DNA of 64,000 bases, taken from the NCBI GenBank assembly GCA_051942205.1, contig JAVECO010000106.1:1-64000 (forward strand), in the 5' to 3' direction. The notes beneath the pieces are model-generated. The model made no database searches. It was given only the letters and a program-made list of their open reading frames with translations, and was not told the origin of the DNA. Position numbers and translations under genes: made by a program. Shown piece by piece: positions 1 through 9,615 of this stretch (position 1 is the stretch's first letter; each line of letters starts with the position of its first letter). The stretch comes from Coniocarpon cinnabarinum (lineage: Eukaryota).

Positions 1-2743
1 CCCCCTTCAGTCCCGTCTCTCCCAGCGTCCCCAAAATCCACTTTTCCCACTTAACACCACCCACGACTTCGCTGATCGCCCCGACGCCGTCGTCGGATCC
101 ACCAATCGGCAACTCCACCGTCGTCTCGCGGATGTTCTCACGTTTGAATCCGGCTTCTAAGAGGCGTGGGATCGAGCGATGGCCTGGACTCGGATCATGG
201 CCCTGTTGACGGAGCGAGACTGCGAATTCAACGGAGCGCGCGTGTAGTGATTTTGCTTTTTCGCGTTGGCGGGTGGTATCCCTCGATGAGCCGGAGAGAA
301 CAATATCGGGTTCCTTTTGGTTGATGGAGGGGTCTGGTGCAACAGGCGGAGACGTCGAGGGCACGACTTCTGCATCGAGATATTCGTAGCTGAGAACCCC
401 GCCGGGCGTGAGGACGCGTTTCACTTCCGCAAGAGTCGCCGCGAATTCGTCGCTATATTTTTCGACGCCTCCGTTCGGATTGGGGAAGGCGCCGCGATTG
501 TCAGGAGAGCTGTTCACACCGAAGTCGGAAGCGAAGGGAAAGTCGAACTCGTCGAATGGAGATTTTGTTGCGTCGGACGGACCTCCGAGGGGAGGCGAGG
601 ACGGGGCTTTTGGTCGACTTGTTCTGCACAATGTTGCGAGTGTGCGTGCTGAGACGAGGTCGAAAGACCCGGAGGGAAAGGGAAGACGGTAGGGTCTTGA
701 GACGGTGAGGACGCGGTGGTTTGATGGTGTGCGATGGGTGCTCCAGTGAGCTGGAGGCTCGCTGGCATCATCGCCGTCCGTGCCAGGATCTGGAGGCGGG
801 CTGACGACTGCAGTGTACACACGAAGATCCCGGTGCTCGAGTGCAATAGCCCAGCCCCAATCTGCCGTCGGTAGTCCCCCGAGATCTAAGATGCGCGGTG
901 TCCTGCCAGCATTTCTTGCACTGTCGAGTGGGTTTGTGGTTGACCTGGGTAGCAATGAACCGCCGGTAAGGAACTTGGTGGCTTCGAGATGCCAGATCGA
1001 AAGACTGACTTGCTGAACAGCTTTGCGCTCACGCTCGACTCGTGCGATGTCCTCGCGGCGCTTTTGAGTAGCGGGATCATTTGGTGCTTCTGGAAGATGA
1101 CACCAGTCTTTGTCGGGGATAGGTGGTGCTGGTATCGAGTAGATGCCGCGCAACTGAGCATAGTGAACATCGGTGATGTACAGACGCTGAGCGTGGATGG
1201 CATCCGCACGAAGGTGTCGCATCGTGTGCGCGTCGATAGGTCGGGCATGAAGCAGGAGATGTTGGAACGCATGATAGAAGAGTGGATCGCTTGCGCCAGG
1301 AGTTGTGATTGGTATGCGTAGAGCAGTGAGCGGTGTGTTCGGCTTCGTTGGCTCGACAAAGCGAACAACTTTCTTGGAGAACGCAGCCGCACCATCACTT
1401 GCGAAGTCAGACGGACTTGACAGCAGTGGGCTGCCCCTGTCAGTCACGTGTGCATTCAAAGGATTAGCCCCCCGAAGTGCAGAGAGGTACTGATCTTGAG
1501 CGTTCAACCACATGCTGGTGCGGCTTGCATTTGAGGTCGCTACTGCGAAGAGTTTCTTCTGATATTCTTCGTCGTAATCATAATTGCGATCGCCTCGAAT
1601 GATCATTTCGTGCGGACCAGCCTCCTCTTCGCTCTGTCGACCAGTAAATTGCTCCTGTTTCGCGGTGGGAGGGCCTTCAGAACCTTCTTCGTCTTCTTCT
1701 TTGATTTCTAGAACGCGCTCCTGAATCTCAGAAATATGATTATCCCACGGCACATCGTAGAAGCACTCTGCAGTCGTAGTAGACGGTTGATGAGCTGGAA
1801 GCTTATTCCAAGACCACGTGCGTTTGCTTGTACTATCCAAACCTGCAAAGAAGCCGCCTGGGGACGGTACGCTTATGGCTGAGATGGGCTCGGACGGTGG
1901 TAGCTTAATGGCAAGCTTTGGAGGGTTTGGCAGTCCCGGCTGGGATGGAGGAGCCATCAAACTGATGTTGAGGCCGCGCTCTTCCATTTCATTGGGCTCA
2001 CTGGGCGCAGCGCTGATGATGGTCCCTTGCTCGCCAGCTTCAAACTCGGGTGACAGATGATGCAATGTGTCCATAGCTTGCTCAGTAAGCTGCACCGGTG
2101 GGTCCCAGTCCATATCCCTGGCCCTTGCTTCAAGCTCTGGGGTCGATGGGGATATGCTTGCAGGCTCGTCTGAGTTCGAGCTGGCCCCATCTAAAGAGGG
2201 TGTTGAGTAGACGCCAGGCACGCGCAGATGCTGGGTTGCTAGCTTCTCCAGCGCTGCAGGCGACAGAGGGAATTTGGCTGGGACTGGTGGTATATCTGGT
2301 TCCTTGGCCGACTTGAACTTTTCAATCGTCGGCCAGGCTGACGGTGACGGTATGACTAAGGACGGGAGACTCTCACGCCGTAGATCGTTCTTCGTCAATA
2401 AGGCTTTGATTGAGTTTGAACATTTGATGGGCACCACGGCGGAATCGTCATCCGACACGTCATATAAGTCGTCAAAGTCGGTGGTACATGAACTGTCACT
2501 TTCTCGCTCTGAGGCAGATGTTGACGCTTCCGTGGATGAGACTGACGACGCTGGCGACGGAGATCTTGATGCGGCGCCGCGAGGTGGACGGAGCGTGTGG
2601 TCATAGCGAGGACGCCTTTCTCGTGACATGGCAACGGATCTTGGTCTGGACCTCATACCCTGGATGATGCTCCTCAGATGAGGACTGCGGGCCTGCCGCG
2701 GATGCTGATGATGTTGTTGCTGAACGGTCGTCGCAGCGTCCAT
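1..2743 (-). CDS. Large fungal protein with disordered N-terminus and C-terminal class I SAM-dependent methyltransferase-like domain (3' end beyond window)
   Basis: Uninterrupted frame read by hand from ATG at 2743 (MDAATTVQQQ...) to the window edge. Absent from the ORF track because no stop lies in the window. Motifs RILDLGGLPTADWGW, LPFPSGSFDLVSAR and LAEVKRVLTPGGVL are typical of methyltransferase type 11-like folds. Confidence 0.8.
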   Translation of the reverse strand, partial: MDAATTVQQQHHQHPRQARSPHLRSIIQGMRSRPRSVAMSRERRPRYDHTLRPPRGAASRSPSPASSVSSTEASTSASERESDSSCTTDFDDLYDVSDDDSAVVPIKCSNSIKALLTKNDLRRESLPSLVIPSPSAWPTIEKFKSAKEPDIPPVPAKFPLSPAALEKLATQHLRVPGVYSTPSLDGASSNSDEPASISPSTPELEARARDMDWDPPVQLTEQAMDTLHHLSPEFEAGEQGTIISAAPSEPNEMEERGLNISLMAPPSQPGLPNPPKLAIKLPPSEPISAISVPSPGGFFAGLDSTSKRTWSWNKLPAHQPSTTTAECFYDVPWDNHISEIQERVLEIKEEDEEGSEGPPTAKQEQFTGRQSEEEAGPHEMIIRGDRNYDYDEEYQKKLFAVATSNASRTSMWLNAQDQYLSALRGANPLNAHVTDRGSPLLSSPSDFASDGAAAFSKKVVRFVEPTKPNTPLTALRIPITTPGASDPLFYHAFQHLLLHARPIDAHTMRHLRADAIHAQRLYITDVHYAQLRGIYSIPAPPIPDKDWCHLPEAPNDPATQKRREDIARVERERKAVQQVSLSIWHLEATKFLTGGSLLPRSTTNPLDSARNAGRTPRILDLGGLPTADWGWAIALEHRDLRVYTAVVSPPPDPGTDGDDASEPPAHWSTHRTPSNHRVLTVSRPYRLPFPSGSFDLVSARTLATLCRTSRPKAPSSPPLGGPSDATKSPFDEFDFPFASDFGVNSSPDNRGAFPNPNGGVEKYSDEFAATLAEVKRVLTPGGVLSYEYLDAEVVPSTSPPVAPDPSINQKEPDIVLSGSSRDTTRQREKAKSLHARSVEFAVSLRQQGHDPSPGHRSIPRLLEAGFKRENIRETTVELPIGGSDDGVGAISEVVGGVKWEKWILGTLGETGLKG

Positions 2744-4519
2744 TATGTTGTACAGATGCCCTTCAATCGCAATGTACTTTTTGGGCTTACTTTTAGAGGC
2801 TATCTTGCTGGACAAATAACGACAGTAGGCAAAACACTTCTTGTGAACTCTGAACAACTTATTACAACAATATTATGTCCGGTCAACGGATATCGTAAAA
2901 ATAGCAGATGACGGCCTCGCTCAACGAGTACCGAACTGAACAAGAAGGCAACGCAGAGCAGTGGCAGCAGGAGGACGTGGACGGGAGGCGTGGCGGCCTC
3001 GAAGTTGGCTTGAGCGGCATCTTTAAGGTGGGTGTTGGCTGCAAGAGGGCGTGTAAGCGCCCGATGTGCCGGGCGTGCAGAGTGCAGCAGGAGGGGCAGC
3101 GAGAGGAGGTGGCTTTCTGGGCTATCGAAAGTCTGGGAGTGACTCGAGGTTGGGATGAAGTGCGCGCGTACCGTTTGGGGCCTAGCGCAGGTGAGGCAAT
3201 TCCCCAGTGCAGCCAATCACCCTTCGCCACTCTACAGTCCTTCCACCTCGGCGCTTACAACCTCTCCCCCCACCACCAATGGCATGCAGTAGTCTCGCTG
3301 CCTTTCCCCAGATCTCCTGCTCAGGAACTGCTATTTTTCCATCTCCCTTCAAGTGCCGTCGCTATTGCATACTTATTGACTGCTGTCTTCTGCCTGGCAG
3401 CCGCTCAACCGCTCAACGGCCTACGCAACATCGCCCCGTCAAATCCGTCCGAGGATCTTCTCGAAGCGCCAGGCTGGCGACCCTCTTTGTCTGTGCCTCT
3501 CCCGCAGTGCATACTGTACGGCACAGCGTTGCTCCGCAGTTGCTACTTCGCAAAGTAACAGCACTAGCAGACGCTGGGTCCCTTCTTCGAAATGCTTATT
3601 TGACCCTTGTTCGCCCGCACGTCGTGTTCCTGCTTGATAGTGATACGTACCATGTAAGCGCTGTGGTGAGATACGCCCCGATCTGAGCAGTAAGAGCAAA
3701 GACTACCAAGTAACAGCACTGCGTGTAGATGTCTTTGGCGGACCCTGCTGAAGAGCTGTGAATGCTGTGGTCCATTATCTCATTGGGTGTCTATCGAGAA
3801 AGCTAAAGACGGCGCAGCTCTTCAACATATCTATACGAGGGAATGGCATTGTAGATCAGGCGCAACGAAGGCCCTTTCCGGAAGCGCCAAAGGGTAAAGA
3901 CCTTCACGGAGCGACGTAAAGGCTGGGTCGATCCATATGTCATGACTGATGCCGAATACGCGCCAGACTGTGACCTTGCAGTGCGGTATTGAGGATCCTG
4001 GACATGTCGTCTCGCACCGCGCTTCTTCCCCTGAGGCTCGGAGTCCAGATATGGCTTTGAATACGTCTGTGGTGGCGTCGTCGTCGTTGGCGCCCACTGC
4101 GCTATGGGTAAGTGAAGTCCCCTAAATGTGAGCAAGAAGGGAGCTATCACAAGAGTACACGATTCACTGCACACGCAATTTAGCACGGGTCCTGGAAACA
4201 TCGAATAAGGTGACTTCGACAGATCGTCAGCGTTATGTTCGCTTCGGCGTATCTACATTGGATTGTTTTTCCTTCTACACAATTGAATGTGCAGTTTTGC
4301 GTGCCGTCGTCATCGTTAGTAGTGCAGAGTCGATACCACCGCACTCGTCTAGACTGCTGACGGCAAAACGTCAGTCGCGTCCTGCATACATCAAAACGCA
4401 GTCACGGATCCTCCAGCGCCTCGCAATGCTCAAATCCCAAATGAACCTCGGTTCTTTTTTCTCCATTGCGGACCCTTTCAGACATGATACCTGAAAAGGT
4501 GCAATCACATAACGTGGTG

Positions 4520-6304
4520 TCACTTGCGCCACCCCACATTATACAACACGTAACATATATCCTTGGCCGTATTCACTGTCTCAGTAATTCGACCAATGAG
4601 GCTGTTCGAAGCCATGCTGTCATCTTCTCCTTCTTCAAATGGCATGAACATGCCGCTGTTCGTGCGACGAAGGCCATTCTGCTCGTAGTGAGCATCGTCG
4701 TCGCGCTGCAATGTATGTGTATGGCCTGAAAGACTGTCTTGCTTGAGGTGTCGAAACCTCGTCGGCATAGACGCCGGTGCGTGTCCGTCTTCGCCATCTT
4801 CGCCGCCAAGCAGAAATTGAGACGACTCTTTCGCTGGTTTCAACGTCTCCTGCGAGGGTGAGGGCGAGAGCGCAGGCGAAAATGCAGGCGACCGTAGAGG
4901 CTTAAATTGCGACGCCATGTGTCCCTTGCAATCTGGCTCCTCTTGATGATACTTAAGCGTCGTCGAGGGGAGCTTGACGATGCCCTTGCTTTCAGAACTG
5001 AAGCTGGCGCGACTGCTAGAGCTGCTGCTGATGGATTTCTTTTTCTGGGGCTTCGTCTTGATGATGGGCATGTCATCGTCTGACTCTTCATCTGAACACG
5101 CACGCATCCATGCAGGATTTGCCTCCTCCTCGAGCCCTCCTTCCTTGAAATCAACAGCGATGCACTGTTCAACGTTATTGTCAAAACGAATGCGTCGTTT
5201 AGCACCAGCCGTGTCAGGTGAGACAACACCGGATGAGGTCGACGATGGTAACGTGCTACTGATCTCCGCGGTCCCTGTCGATGCAGTGTACGAGGTTGCA
5301 CCGTCAAAGTCAGAGGCGCTTCTTCGTAATCTTTGTATGGGCCTGGTTGGCAGTGTCCGAGTCCCAACGTTGCGTTGAGCTTGCACTGCTGCAGCCGCTT
5401 GCTTGATGAGGGACGACGAAGAGATGGACTTTTGGAGCATCTCTTCCGAGACCGATCGCTTCTTGAGAATCGGCTTTTTCTTGAGGAATGATGCGCTTTT
5501 GGAGATCTGGCTGTTCGATTCTGAGGCGCGCCGATTGCGGGGGGCTTCCTGTAGGGGACCATACAGCCATGTCACGTCACAATCCTTGAGCCTGTACCTA
5601 TGTTAGTCGGCGTTATCGGTCATGAGTATCGAAGAAGTTTACCAATTCAAGGTCTCCGGGGAGACAGTTTTGAGGCCATATTTTTGCTTGGTCCACGTCC
5701 GCCACGATGCGTTCTCCAACCTAGATCGTTCACCATACACTCTTCTCCGAGCAACTATATGCCTCCAAGACGACCAGATGTCTTCTTCCTTCCAGTCGTG
5801 AGACAGATAGTCGACCTGTCTTGAGGGCTGTTGACGAGCGTCAATGTCATCTGCAACAGGATTGAGCAGAGCATCGGGGTCCTCGACCGGAGTGTCGTTC
5901 TCAGGCGTAGGTGCAGTAGACGCAGGCTCAGGGACTTGACGAAAATCGCAGAGATCCTCTACTTGGCCGTTTTGTGGTGTCGGCTCGGTGTTGTCGTAAG
6001 AGGGCAAGCAAATGTCGTCGTCGTACGAGTCGTCAATCGTCGGCGCATACTCGTTGAAAGAAAACGTGGGGTCTGTTGAAGTAAAGGAAGATGTTCGGTG
6101 AAGCAGTGACGGCTGCGAATGCGAGGGACGGAGGCCATCAAAATGATGAAGAGGAGAATCAGATTCTGGAGGGCTCAACGATGGATGCGGAGAACCCAGG
6201 AAGAAGGAGGATTGGGACGGAGAAGTGTGGAGGAGATCTTTTGACGAGAAGTAGGAGCCCTGCTCATGAGGGGTTGGAGATGGAGCGGCCAGAACTTCGG
6301 CCAT
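4520..6304 (-). CDS. REG1: Protein phosphatase 1 regulatory subunit Reg1/Hex2-like (DUF1752 family)
   Basis: RQVDYLSHDWKEEDIWSSW...RLENASWRTW...VSPETLNW joined across intron 5592-5642 (GTAAAC..CTAAC..CAG) to LKDCDVTWLYGPL. Also KKPILKKRS and the PP1-docking RVxF-like motif RRIRFDNNVEQCIAV. Confidence 0.9.
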
Positions 6305-8623
6305 GCCTAGTCCCCTCTGCAACGCTGTTGGAGCAAAGTTTTGCTGAAGCGACGACGGGCAGTCCTCGATCTGTTGAATTTACCGCTCATGGACCAGTAC
6401 TGGAGCGGCAAAGGCCTTGAAATGGCTCGAAGGAACAAGCGGAATCATTGAGGAGAGTCGTGAGCAAATTATGATTGAAAAGGTGGAAAAGGCGGGGAAG
6501 GAGTTGGAGAGGGTTGGTCAGGGTCGCGGGGGAGGAGTGCTTGCTGACGTTTGACCAGTGAAACACGGGAGGGGAGTGCAAACGCGCCGCAAGCGTGAAT
6601 TGAGGAGAGACGAAGGCGACGATGACAGTGGACGTCGAGGGAGGGTTATTACGTGTGGACAAAAAAAGCAGAGTCGAAGGCACGACGGTACAGCGTGCAG
6701 AGCGAGAATCCCAGCGACGCAGCGCAGGCCCAGGTCCCGAAGCGGACTAGCTCCACGGGTCTAGAAAGCATGCCCCACTCTTTTTCGGTGGAGCAGCAGC
6801 AGAAGCAGTCCAAGTCCCTGGTTGACTTCCAAACCTACCATGCCGAGCACTCCCTCGCTCCCACCATCCACTACCCACTGCCAACGCTCAAGCCTCCTGC
6901 ACGGCCCGGGTTCGAGCAATGCAATCTGCAATTTGCCCACGCTCTCTCTGCCCTGGCAAAAAAGGCACTTTAGACCGCATGGTCTCTTATCGTGGCTCGT
7001 CGAGCAGCATGCTATGCACCGAGTCTGCAAACACCCGAGACTCACGTCATCTCGCGTACCTACAGGACGATGCCCACACATGCACCTACCTGGCCTATGC
7101 ACCGTCAACTGAGAGTTGAGCTACCTTAGGTATTAGAGCGCATCCTCCAGTCAGCCTTATGATGGAGTGACCCGAGTGCGACCTCTGCTCGGTCCCTGGT
7201 ACTGTGGAACTGTGCAGACGGTTCCTTGGCTGCATCGCTTTTCTTAATACCTGCGATTCGTGCTTAATGGCTCAGAGACCGCTTGAAGTCGACAGGTCAT
7301 GTCTCGATAACTTCGCTGCCATTACCGCCATCACCTTGAGGAGCCCAACCTTACATGAAATCCACTACACAGTGACTTGCATCCGAAGCCCCGTGCTTCA
7401 GATACATCAATTTCCACGAGCGCACAAGGTTTAGAGCCAGGTTCCTTCAACACGCGTCAGGGTCTGACCTCCTGCAGCGCTTATCTGGCTGGCTAGCTCG
7501 ACTTCCCACGCTCCTCAATGTCAATCTGCCCCTGTCGCTGGCCAGTCTCCCATGTCGGGCGTTATCGGAACCAGCCCACTCTCTGTGCTCCTGCGCCCTT
7601 TTCGGGCAAAAGTCTAACTTATCTGCACGAAGCTCCAATAGCATTTTTGGCTTTGCCCACATTGTCCCTCCAAGCGCTCTAGCTATATGCCTCTGGTCCG
7701 AGACACGCATCCATTGATTGCGTGCTATGCAATGCATGCGCAGCTGGAGATCTAGATGTTTTCCAGCCACGCATGGATCAGGCAGGTCCTGAGTCTGCAG
7801 CCTGTCTGTAGTATTCTATAAGCTCTAGCAAACTGTCAGAGGCGGGAACAACGGTTACAAGCTCTTCTCTGGGTCGGACCTGGTCCGGACCTGTGCTGTT
7901 AGTGCTTGCTCTCATAACCTCGCTGCCCTGAAACTTCCCCTTGAGGGTTTCTTGGAACTAACTTGTTCTTGCCCTGAGTACCTTGCCAATTAATGAGCGC
8001 TGGCCGTGCTGCAGGTCTTCATTACATCCTCATCAGAGCTCTAGCTCTGTTGCTCGCCGTCTGCGTGATGGTGTCAAATCACGCATAGTGGATTCCACAA
8101 ATCGGTGAGTATGCTGATGATTATGATAAGCGTGCCCACAACTACTGCGACACTATGACGAGCTTTTTCACATGAAGACTATTCCCTGCGATGTTGAGTG
8201 AAGATGTACCCTTCCCAGTACTTGCGCTGCTCGCTACTAGAATGTATTCCATATCGGATCGCACTGTCATCACCGATGTGATGACCCTTTCGGCTGCGAT
8301 TCTTCGTGATAAGACGTTGAGGCTCATACACAGCATCGTCAATGCAAGGACAGTTACAAACGCCGTATTGCAGTTCATGCTGCTCATGTGAGATGAAACT
8401 CTGCTTGCTTGGGCAGGGTCGCGATGTTGATGGCAGTTCGTGGGCAGGATGACCTAATCTTTGGACCTTTCTCATGTACATATCAACAGCGCTGAGCTAG
8501 AACGTCACAGACCTCTAATCGTGTCAATGCGTGTGAATATCGTTTGTCACTCTACAAAACTGCTTCGAGCCGAGTCTCAGACTGTGCGCACATAATATCG
8601 TCCAATAGAGACAGCCAAGCGGG

Positions 8624-9133
8624 ATGCTGTTCTTCAGGTGAGCTTGGCAAAGAAGACAGCCTCCGACCATTCAGCGAGCGAATTAAAGCTAATGATGGCA
8701 GCTTCTTCAAAACACTTGTCGATACTGAAGTGACAGTCGAGCTGAAAAATGACATCTCGATTCAAGGCACTCTGAAAAGTGTCGATCAGTATTTAAATAT
8801 CAAGCTTGACGACATCAGCGTCATCGATGAACTTAAGTATCCACACCTGGTGAGTGTCTCGTATCTTCATATTAGCTTTGTTCTGCTTTGGAATGCAGTG
8901 GGATTGGCCAAGTGGTTTCACTGACTGTTGGTATGGCAGAGTTCAGTGAAGAATATCTTCATCAGAGGTAGCGTGGTGCGATATGTTCACCTCCCAAGCA
9001 ACAAGGTCGATGTGGCTCTGCTCGAAGATGCTACAAGACGGGGTAAATTCTTCAATGCAAGTAATCTCATAAGAGCAAGGCTGATACCTTCAAAGAGGCT
9101 GCTCAAGCTGCAGCTAAACCCAGGAATGGCTGA
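8624..9133 (+). CDS. LSM2: U6 snRNA-associated Sm-like protein Lsm2 (4 exons)
   Basis: Exons 8624-8637, 8702-8849, 8940-9042 and 9096-9133 splice to MLFFSFFKTLVDTEVTVELKND...KYPHLSSVKNIFIRGSVVRYVHLP...EDATRREAAQAAAKPRNG. Canonical GT-AG introns. Confidence 0.95.
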
Positions 9134-9615
9134 ACACGCCTGTTAACTTTTAGATGAGCTTCCTGAAGCTGGACCGCTCCTTCAGCCTGACTGTTGATCA
9201 TCAGGACGCAGAATAATGTGCAAACATGGTTCGACGTGAATTTTGGACCCGTCCAGGCCCAAGGTGGACTCGTAGAAGAGGCAGACGAGACTCAAGGCAT
9301 TTGTCCACAATGACAAGGCAACAGGCTCACGAACCGCGTGCACACTGAGGGCGCTCTGGACTGACAAACTCGAGCTTGAGCTCTCCGGGCATTGCCACCG
9401 TGGACAAAGGTGCACCGTTTGGGGATGATGTTACCGGTGTGCGCCTGAGCGGCGGCGAATGCCACATGGTCACGTGATGATGCGCGTACTTCGCGTCTTA
9501 CCAGTGGTTAGAGCATATTTGAATGAGATGAAGGCTTGAGCATTTCGCCTGTCTATTTGTAAACACCTTCCCTCTGAACAGCACTCCCGAAAATGATTCT
9601 GGCAATGATTATGTG

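Noticed and set aside
157..2634. Many short ORF-track entries in the first 2.7 kb, and antisense ORFs over PSO2, RAD53, eIF3d and other genes
   Set aside because: They are shadow frames of longer, motif-supported genes.
2908..4201. ORF-track frames (216 aa with a signal-like AYLLTAVFCLAAA segment; 132 and 88 aa on the minus strand)
   Set aside because: No suitably placed ATG before the hydrophobic segment, no consistent splice model found, and the region shows 155-bp repeat periodicity. A degraded gene cannot be excluded.
9495..9570. AGTGGTTAGAGC resembles a tRNA D-arm/A-box
   Set aside because: No downstream GTTCRA T-loop or acceptor-stem pairing.
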